Source of the DNA: a virus | Taxonomy: Duplodnaviria; Caudoviricetes | Direction: 5' to 3' (one strand) | DNA length: 64,000 nucleotides | Virus record (IMG/VR): IMGVR_UViG_3300033405_000003 | Part shown: positions 57,028 through 64,000 of the stretch, one piece after another | Position numbering within the stretch: position 1 is the stretch's first letter | Layout: every line of letters begins with the position of its first letter | Notes under the pieces: generated by a model | What the model was told of the DNA's origin: nothing | Databases searched by the model: none | Seen by the model: the letters and a program-made list of their open reading frames with translations, nothing else | Translations under genes and position numbers: made by a program

Positions 57028-58836
57028 TTAGGTGGTTCTGATTTCGTAGTAGAGGACCCCGGTGCCCTGCGTGGACGCCCCGGGGCTGATCGTGATCTGG
57101 AGCTTGTCGTTGGCCGGGATGGTCACCATGTCCGGCTTGTCGTAGGTGTTCGCCGCGGCCGGATCCGAGTCCCCGGCGCCCATGATGAGATTCGGGGTCG
57201 CCGATGTGCCGAAGAGCACCGTCGCGGCCGGGTCGTTGAACGGAGTCGCGATCTGGATCTGCGCCCGCGTGACGATCGACCCGGTGTTGACCGGGATGAG
57301 GATGAGCGGCGAGGCCGTGTTGAACGCGAAGCCGACCGACAAGGCGATCGTCGTGAGGCCGTTGCGTTCGGTCGTGTACGTGCCGGTCAGCGCCGGGAGC
57401 GACGGGGGCGTCGCCGTGGGGAAGAAGAAGTCCGCCGACGAGTCGTCGTACTCGAAGAGGACGTCTCCCGCTCCCTCGGCGTAGTTCGGGAAGACGTCGG
57501 AGTTGTTGTAGGCGGCGACCTGAAAGTTGCCGCCGGCCGCGACAGTGACGGGCGGAACGGTGATGTCGTTGAATCCCTGACCTGCGATGATCGCGCCGTT
57601 GTCGCACTGGATGAGGACGGTCTGGCCCGCCGCGACTTGGATGCCTGGTTGCGTTGCTGTCGTCGCCTGCGAGAGGTAACCAAACTGCCAGAGCATGAGG
57701 AATCCGCCGTTCGGCGTCCCCGTCCACGAGAGGGATTTGGTCGCGCTCTGGCAGTTCATGCGCAGCTCGAGGTCGGTCACCTGGTAGAGGTTCGAGAGGG
57801 TCGCGCCATCCTCGATCTCGAGCACGGAGAAATTGATCGCGTCGATCTTGAACGGCCTCAGCTCGACGCGCCCGAAGCACTCCGTGACCCCCGATGCGCC
57901 GGGAACGAGCGCGGGCGACACGATGCTGTCGTCGACGTAGACGATGCACTTGCCGTGGGCCCGGGCAATGAAGCTCTGCACCTCGGCCCAAGTCGCCACC
58001 GTGTCCCCGGACGAAACGCCGCCCGGTTGGTAAATGATCGCTCCTAAGATCAGGACGGAGCCCGACGCCAGCTCGTCAAGGGCCTGCGCAACTTGGGTGG
58101 GCGGCACGGCCCAGTTCGCGGGGACTGCTGGCGCGTATTCGACGAAGGGGGCCTCGTCGAGCGCGAAGTTCGTCGTCGAGCCCGCAAAGCCGGGGTTTGT
58201 GGGGACCGCGCCGATCGATGCGTCGTATTGGAAAATCGCGCTGGTGCCCGCGATGCCGGTGACGACGTTGTCCCCGGTGTACCCGCCTCCCGTGACGGAA
58301 TAGAGGACGGCTTGCGCACCGGCCGCGGGCATGTCCACGAGCGGTCCCGCGCCCGCGCCCGTGTTCGAGAACGTGCTGTTCTCGCAGAGCATGATGACGA
58401 GGAATCCGCCTGCGCCGAGGCGGCAAACGGGTTGCGTTCCCGTGTTCTCGATGACGGCCCCGTCGTGGCATGTCAACACGCGGTCGTTCGTGAACTGCAA
58501 GTTCGGCTGCGTCGTTCCCTGCGTCTTGACGGTCAGGAGCCCGTCGATCCGCCGCACGTCTTTGAGAATCGCGCCGTCGGGCAGCACGAGCGTGCATGTC
58601 GACGGCTTCTCGTGCTGGAACGCGCTCGTGAACGTGACACGGCTCTCGCAGTCGGTGGTGCCGACGTCGGCCGTGGCCGGGGCGATCGAGTCGTCCACGA
58701 GGACGGTGACCGCGCCCTGTCTCGCCGCAATGAACTTTTGGACCGCCGACCACTTCGTGACGATGAGCCCGCTGGGCGTACCGCCGGGCTGGTAGATGAT
58801 CGAGGGAGAGCGCGCGAGGATCGCATCGAAGCTCAC
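57028..58836 (-). CDS. Fibre-family protein
   Basis: MSFDAILARSP; two IIYQPGG modules. Confidence 0.8.
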   Translation of the reverse strand: MSFDAILARSPSIIYQPGGTPSGLIVTKWSAVQKFIAARQGAVTVLVDDSIAPATADVGTTDCESRVTFTSAFQHEKPSTCTLVLPDGAILKDVRRIDGLLTVKTQGTTQPNLQFTNDRVLTCHDGAVIENTGTQPVCRLGAGGFLVIMLCENSTFSNTGAGAGPLVDMPAAGAQAVLYSVTGGGYTGDNVVTGIAGTSAIFQYDASIGAVPTNPGFAGSTTNFALDEAPFVEYAPAVPANWAVPPTQVAQALDELASGSVLILGAIIYQPGGVSSGDTVATWAEVQSFIARAHGKCIVYVDDSIVSPALVPGASGVTECFGRVELRPFKIDAINFSVLEIEDGATLSNLYQVTDLELRMNCQSATKSLSWTGTPNGGFLMLWQFGYLSQATTATQPGIQVAAGQTVLIQCDNGAIIAGQGFNDITVPPVTVAAGGNFQVAAYNNSDVFPNYAEGAGDVLFEYDDSSADFFFPTATPPSLPALTGTYTTERNGLTTIALSVGFAFNTASPLILIPVNTGSIVTRAQIQIATPFNDPAATVLFGTSATPNLIMGAGDSDPAAANTYDKPDMVTIPANDKLQITISPGASTQGTGVLYYEIRTT

Positions 58837-58839
58837 GGG

Positions 58840-60522
58840 CTACACCACCGCCCACTCGTTGTTCGCGTCGAAGTTCTTCTCGAAGGTGATCGAGCCCTTC
58901 GGCCCTGGCGTCGCGAGGTTCATGATGAAGCTCGGGGCGCCGTCGATGGTCTTTCCCGTCGACCCGGTGACGATGAAGTCGAAGCTCGCGAGCGAGCCAT
59001 CCTCGTCCTTGACCGTGACCTTCGCGCCGGGCGGGAACGTGTCCTGGAGCTGCACGGGGATGTCGCCCTTCGCGCCCGAGATCCCGACGTACCACTCGCC
59101 CGCGGCGATGGGTGTGAACTGGGGTGCCGTGACGGGCGTGTTGACCGACTCTATGCCGAAGTCCTCGACGTGGTTCGCGTTCGACGGGCCGTTGGCGTTG
59201 CCCGCGAGCGTGATGACGAGCGAGCCCGCCGGCGTCGCGACCCAGTGGTTTGGCGCGTTCGCCGTGAAGACGGGGACCGATCCGATCGCTGGCGCGCTCA
59301 TCGAGGCGGGGTCGAGCGGCACGCCTTCCCAGGCCACGACCTTGGTGAGCCCGGCGTCCGTGATGGTCACGTCGCCGGTGAACGGGAGCGCGGACCACTT
59401 GTTGGTTCCGATGTTGTAGATCGGGATCGTCGCGTCCGCGGGCGCGACGAAGTTGCCGGGGCCGGCCTGCGTGAGCGGCACGTGGGACCACGCGACGACG
59501 TCGTTGGCGTTCGACGGGCCGGTGACGTCGCCGTTCAGCGTGATGATTGCGCCCGGCGTGAGCGTCGTGACGCCCGCGTCATTCATCGTGATGGCGCCGG
59601 AGAGCGCGAACGTCCGCCACTCGTTCAGCCCGGCGTCGTAGATCGGGATCGCCGCGTCGACCGGCGCGCCGAAGCCCGGCGCCGCGCCGAGCAGGAGCGG
59701 GACGTTGTCCCATTTGATGACGGTGTTCGCGTTCGACGGCCCGATGACGTCGCCGTTCAGCACCACGACGCCGCCCGCCGTCACTGCCACCGAGTACGTG
59801 ATCGCGGTGAGCGTCGTCGAGATCCCGCCCTTGGTGTTGTTCGTGACACTCACGAAATAGCGGGTCGCAGCCGGGAGCTGGATCCCGCGGAACACGGACG
59901 CGATGTCCTCGTCCTGGCCCGTCATGTTCACGGAGACGACGACGGCCTGCACGCTGCCGGGGCCGCAGTCTGCGACGACCTCCACCGTGACGGGGGGCAA
60001 GTTCGTTTGGTCGATCGCGACGTCCATGAACTGCGCGTAGCCGTTGAAGAGCGGCAGCGTGCCCGTCGCGCCGCCGGCGAGCCCGAACGTCATCCCGAAG
60101 TTCTGGTCCGCCACCGTGTCGAACTTGTTGACCGCCGCGATCGTCGCTGTGACCGGGTTGCGCGGCGACGTCGCGAAGCTCCCCGAGAGGTCGATGACCG
60201 TGAGGGTGTACGCCGTGCCGCCGGCATCGATCTGCTCCGTCTGCCCCGCCCCGCCGCTCCCGCCCGACAGGGGTCCGAGGCCCGTGTCGAAGTCGATGAT
60301 GGACGGCGTATCCGAGCCCAGGATCTTCTTCTGCGCCACGCGCGTCCGGAACCCGCCGACGGTCGCGTAGAGCGCGAACTCGAGCGGGCCTCCCGCGCCG
60401 CCCGTGCCTCCCTCTACGTAGACCGTGAGGATGTCCAGGGGCGACCCCGGCGCGATCGCGACGACGTCCTGCTCGGCTCCGGCGACCGGAGTGACTGTTC
60501 CCGTGTTGAAAGTGACCGCCAT
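58840..60522 (-). CDS. Fibre-like protein with internal repeats
   Basis: LNGDVxGPSNANxV x3; TVKDEDG...TIDG. Confidence 0.8.
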   Translation of the reverse strand: MAVTFNTGTVTPVAGAEQDVVAIAPGSPLDILTVYVEGGTGGAGGPLEFALYATVGGFRTRVAQKKILGSDTPSIIDFDTGLGPLSGGSGGAGQTEQIDAGGTAYTLTVIDLSGSFATSPRNPVTATIAAVNKFDTVADQNFGMTFGLAGGATGTLPLFNGYAQFMDVAIDQTNLPPVTVEVVADCGPGSVQAVVVSVNMTGQDEDIASVFRGIQLPAATRYFVSVTNNTKGGISTTLTAITYSVAVTAGGVVVLNGDVIGPSNANTVIKWDNVPLLLGAAPGFGAPVDAAIPIYDAGLNEWRTFALSGAITMNDAGVTTLTPGAIITLNGDVTGPSNANDVVAWSHVPLTQAGPGNFVAPADATIPIYNIGTNKWSALPFTGDVTITDAGLTKVVAWEGVPLDPASMSAPAIGSVPVFTANAPNHWVATPAGSLVITLAGNANGPSNANHVEDFGIESVNTPVTAPQFTPIAAGEWYVGISGAKGDIPVQLQDTFPPGAKVTVKDEDGSLASFDFIVTGSTGKTIDGAPSFIMNLATPGPKGSITFEKNFDANNEWAVV

Positions 60523-60713
60523 GGTGAGCTATCTCCGTTCGAGAAACGGCGGGGGCGCTCGCGCGCGTCCCGCGGACTTCGGAAGGAGACGCGCTGCACC
60601 TATTCAGCCCGTCTTCGTCGCTGCTGGTGACTCGTCGTCACGCCATCAAAAACACCTCGCAGTGAGGATACCATCCTCGGCGTCGTCGCTCGACTTCGCC
60701 GAATTCTTTTCCG

Positions 60714-62942
60714 TCACGGCGGGTCGAAGTACCGCTCGACGTGGAACCCGAGCTGCCACGCCCCGGGCATGTGCGTGAGGCCCTCTGCGGCTCTCTTCGC
60801 GGTTTCCCACCCGAGGGACGGGTCGAGGTCGAGGCCCGTGTGGGGCGGCGGCGGGGGCGGGCGTGGGAGCGGGTAGTGGCCGCCAGGCAGCGGCGTCGCG
60901 TATTTGCACACGTTGTCGATCGGGTCCCAGTAGTACCCTTGCGGGCAGCCGCGCGATAGCGGCCCGTAGTCGGGGTGGGGATCGACGGGCGGCGCGGCTT
61001 GGCCGACGTGGACGTCGGGAACCTGCGGGAAGCACCAGTTCTTCGGCGAGCCTCGGACGTGTCCCATCCCCTGCGGGCACGGCGGGAAGTCCCAGTCCGT
61101 ACACACGAACGTCCCAAGCTCGCTCGTGAAACCCGCGAGGCACGCGGATTTTCTCCTGTACGCGCAGGCGATCTGGTGATCGGTTGCAACGAGATCGTAC
61201 CCCTCTGGGCAGGAGAGGCCTGTGAGGTGGGCTCCGTGGCCAGTCCCGAGACCGTAGCGCGGCGCGAGGAAGAGGTGCACGAACGCGGCGAGGTCGGAGT
61301 GCGGGTCGCCGCGTGTGATGATCTGCCCGACGGCGTCGTCCCATGCCCCGTGCGTCGCGACGGGGCCTGCCGCGGGCGCGGCTGCGGGCTTGGCGCTCGC
61401 GGGCGGGGCGTTCGGCACCGTCCCGGCCTGCGTGCCGGAGATGTGCCCGATCCCCATGCCGAGGAGCGCGATGTTGATGATCCGCGGGTCCGCGAACTGC
61501 GCGTACGCCGAGAGGATCTTCGCGAGGCCCGCGAGCGAGGGCATGTCGAGGAACTTGCCCGCGAGGTAGCCCTGGGTGAAGACGTGGCCCGCGGTCCCGC
61601 TCTGCCCGCCCGGGCCGCCGAGCACGACGCCGATGGCCTGCGCCTCGGCGTCGCCGATCTTGCCGAAGCTCTGGGCCTTCTTCGCCACCTCCGACCAGAT
61701 CTGCCCGAAGTCGAGCTTCTTCTGTTGGCCGGCGATGACGCTCTTGGCGATGCTGCTCACGGTGCCGCCGAGCGCCTGCATCGCGCCCTGCGGGATGTTG
61801 ATCCCCGCCGCGCCCATGCCCTTGCTCGCGGCGCTCACCGAGGCCTGGATGAGCGCGGGGCCGAGGTTCGCGAGCGCCGCGCCGAAGTCGCCGGCGTGGA
61901 GGGCCGTGTCCGTCGCGTTGATGGCCGCGACGATGAACGGCGTCGCGATCCCGAGCGGCACGCCGACGATCGCGCCGATGCCCGTCGCGTCGAGCACCGC
62001 CGAGATCACGGCGAGGATGGCGCCCGTGATGGAGCCGATCACGCCGGTGCCGGCGACGTCCTTGTCCCACGTGAACTGCTCGTTGCCCCAGTCGCCCGCG
62101 CTCCCCGAGTCCATGTCGGAGATCCACGGATATTGAGATTTGAGCGCTTGCTTCTTCTGCTTCGTCGTCCACCCTGGGTGTTCGCGCTCGACCTTGATCT
62201 TCTTCGGGTCGTCCGCCTCGCGCGTGTGGACGTCGTCGAGCCCGGCGGCCTTGCCGGCGTCGCTCTGGTCGCCCTGCCCCCAGGCCCACCAGCGCACGTT
62301 GTTCGGGTTCAGCGCCGCGGGGATACTCATCCCCGGGTACGTGATCCGCTTCATCTTGTCGTTGTCGTAGTAGTAGATGACGACCGGGTTGGTGTCGTAC
62401 GACGAGCGCGGGAGCGGGCCGAGCTTCGTCCGGTGCGCGATGGCCTGCTGCACGGCCTTGTTCATCTCGGCCCATGACATCCCGGTGCCGTGGCAGCTCC
62501 AGACTTTGTCCTTCCGGTTCTCGTAGGCCGCGATGAGGTGGAGCGGGTCGTGGTCCTCTTTGGTCTTCACGCCGAAGCAGCGCTTGACCGCCTCGTTGTC
62601 CGACCAATAGCGCAGCGGGTCGTCGTGGTAGTAGTCGTAGAGGACCATGCGCGCCTGGTCGCGCTTGCTGGCCTTCGGGTCGAAGCTCACGACGACGTCG
62701 GCCGGCCGCGGCGGCTGGGCCCAGCCGGCGAGCGTCCCGGACTGGAAGACCAGGGCGATCGGGCGCGGCGGCTCGGGGCGGGCGTGGCGGCAGACGAACT
62801 CGTGCGCGATCGCCTCCACCATGTCGAAGAGCTGCTCGAGCGTGCAACTGAGGATGTGCTCGTGCAGGTGCCAGGGGAATTCCCCCGAGGGCTGGGCGCC
62901 CTCGTAGAACTCACCGAGCGGGTGGCCGTAGTAACCGTACAT
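60714..62942 (-). CDS. Large hypothetical protein with hydrophobic hairpin and Cys-rich tail
   Basis: Long GC3-biased ORF; DATGIGAIVGVPL; CPEGY/CPQGY repeats. Confidence 0.75.
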   Translation of the reverse strand: MYGYYGHPLGEFYEGAQPSGEFPWHLHEHILSCTLEQLFDMVEAIAHEFVCRHARPEPPRPIALVFQSGTLAGWAQPPRPADVVVSFDPKASKRDQARMVLYDYYHDDPLRYWSDNEAVKRCFGVKTKEDHDPLHLIAAYENRKDKVWSCHGTGMSWAEMNKAVQQAIAHRTKLGPLPRSSYDTNPVVIYYYDNDKMKRITYPGMSIPAALNPNNVRWWAWGQGDQSDAGKAAGLDDVHTREADDPKKIKVEREHPGWTTKQKKQALKSQYPWISDMDSGSAGDWGNEQFTWDKDVAGTGVIGSITGAILAVISAVLDATGIGAIVGVPLGIATPFIVAAINATDTALHAGDFGAALANLGPALIQASVSAASKGMGAAGINIPQGAMQALGGTVSSIAKSVIAGQQKKLDFGQIWSEVAKKAQSFGKIGDAEAQAIGVVLGGPGGQSGTAGHVFTQGYLAGKFLDMPSLAGLAKILSAYAQFADPRIINIALLGMGIGHISGTQAGTVPNAPPASAKPAAAPAAGPVATHGAWDDAVGQIITRGDPHSDLAAFVHLFLAPRYGLGTGHGAHLTGLSCPEGYDLVATDHQIACAYRRKSACLAGFTSELGTFVCTDWDFPPCPQGMGHVRGSPKNWCFPQVPDVHVGQAAPPVDPHPDYGPLSRGCPQGYYWDPIDNVCKYATPLPGGHYPLPRPPPPPPHTGLDLDPSLGWETAKRAAEGLTHMPGAWQLGFHVERYFDPP

Positions 62943-62948
62943 GCTCGA

Positions 62949-63857
62949 TCACCAGGGACCGAACGTGTAGGGGTCCGCCCACGAGCCGTACCAACCGAAG
63001 AACGGGTCGGGGAAATACCCGGGACCGCCCGTCGTCGCGGTCGCGCCGCTCTTCGGGGCTGTCGCCGCCGCGGCCTGCGGGAACCCGGCAGCCTTGAGGG
63101 CCCTCGAGAGGCCCGTGAGCGTCCTCGGGTCGTTCTCCGAGATCGCCCTGTCGATCACCGCCTGCGCGGCCTGCCCGAGCTTGATCGTCTCGGTCGCCCA
63201 GCCGGGGGAGCCTGCCCCCGTCGCGTGGTCGCCGGCGTGGCCAAACCATGACCCGATGTCGTGGAGCAGGGAACCGCTCTCGCTCGTCAGCCGGACGAGC
63301 ATGTCGTGCGTCTTGTCGTCCATCTTGCCGGTCGTGGGCAGGCCGAGCGCCTGCTGGAATTCCGTGATGGCGCCGATGGTCTTCGGACCCATGATCCCGT
63401 CCTCGTCGAGGATGTGGCCCTTGAAGTACGCGTTGAGGAGCTGCTGCGCCTTCTTCACGCCCTCGTCGGGGCCCGTCGACGCGGTCGACGCTGGACCTCC
63501 GAACGTCTTCGAGATCATGTTCGCGGCGTCGGCGATGACAGTCGGCTTCGCGGCGGGCTTCGTCTGCCCGCCGGGGTGCGCGCGCCCGGCGCGCGCGAAG
63601 AGCGTCCCCAGCGCGGAGATGAGCCGCGCGTCCGGGTAGCCCGTCGCCGGGAGGCCGGCCTGCTGCTGCACCTGTTTAACGATCTGCTGCATCTCCGGGC
63701 TGATGATCCCGTCGGCGCGGAGACTGGTACCGAACACTGCGTTGATCTGCCGCGCGGCCTCGCGCACCATCTCCGGCGTCACGGTGAGCGGCGGCGCGAC
63801 AGGGCCGCCGCGGGGCAGGATCGGGCGACGCGGGATCTGCGCGGTCATGCTTGGCAC
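62949..63857 (-). CDS. Protein with two peptidoglycan-binding domains
   Basis: LRADGII...GLPATGYPD; LDEDGIMGPKT...GLPTTGKMDDKT. Confidence 0.85.
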   Translation of the reverse strand: MPSMTAQIPRRPILPRGGPVAPPLTVTPEMVREAARQINAVFGTSLRADGIISPEMQQIVKQVQQQAGLPATGYPDARLISALGTLFARAGRAHPGGQTKPAAKPTVIADAANMISKTFGGPASTASTGPDEGVKKAQQLLNAYFKGHILDEDGIMGPKTIGAITEFQQALGLPTTGKMDDKTHDMLVRLTSESGSLLHDIGSWFGHAGDHATGAGSPGWATETIKLGQAAQAVIDRAISENDPRTLTGLSRALKAAGFPQAAAATAPKSGATATTGGPGYFPDPFFGWYGSWADPYTFGPW

Positions 63858-64000
63858 CTGCGTGGGCCTCCTCGGGCCGAGCGTCGGGGGAGGCTGCGGG
63901 ACGCGGCGCGCGGGCGGCGCGGCCCGCCTGTCCTCGTGCGCCTCCGGCGTCGTCCTTTCGGGGAGCGCCGGCGCCTCCTCGTCTCCCCTCGACGTGAGCT

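Noticed and set aside
47666-58836. Diversity-generating retroelement among the paralogs
   Set aside because: No reverse transcriptase and no near-identical TR/VR pair with adenine-specific differences seen
58093-62847. Long alternative-frame ORFs such as 58093-60630(+) and 60646-62847(-)
   Set aside because: Arg/Ala/Pro-rich shadow ORFs typical of high-GC DNA, overlapping better-supported genes

Overview
GC-rich window that reads as part of a large virus or phage-like genome. A Myxococcota/Polyangiaceae-type host is inferred from GC, the Cys-rich lipoprotein cargo and the kinase-like array target. Left half (1-~32.7 kb) is accessory/early: a Ro60 (TROVE) gene with five Y RNAs split by a 3.9-kb DDE transposon, IF3, Pth2 with four aberrant tRNA-like genes, Ku, an interrupted ABC/OmpA transporter cluster and a rearranged J-domain/purA locus. 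Right half (~32.7-64 kb) is one long minus-strand block: RadA, a phosphatase, many membrane and peptidoglycan-binding proteins, a transglutaminase-like protein, beta-rich capsid-like proteins and paralogous Gly-rich fibre-like proteins; I see no terminase, portal or HK97 capsid. The standout is 23849-26030: a stand-alone RAMP/Cas7-like gene, a partner gene and a ~750-bp non-coding array of NN-GGA pentamers punctuated by GGCCGG. Reading only the variable dinucleotides in reverse complement as codon positions 1-2 gives recognisable protein motifs (e.g. LTREELYEMVW, DATDRRVALKVI), which suggests a gapped, wobble-skipping RNA-guide system. All calls are by eye, without database searches.
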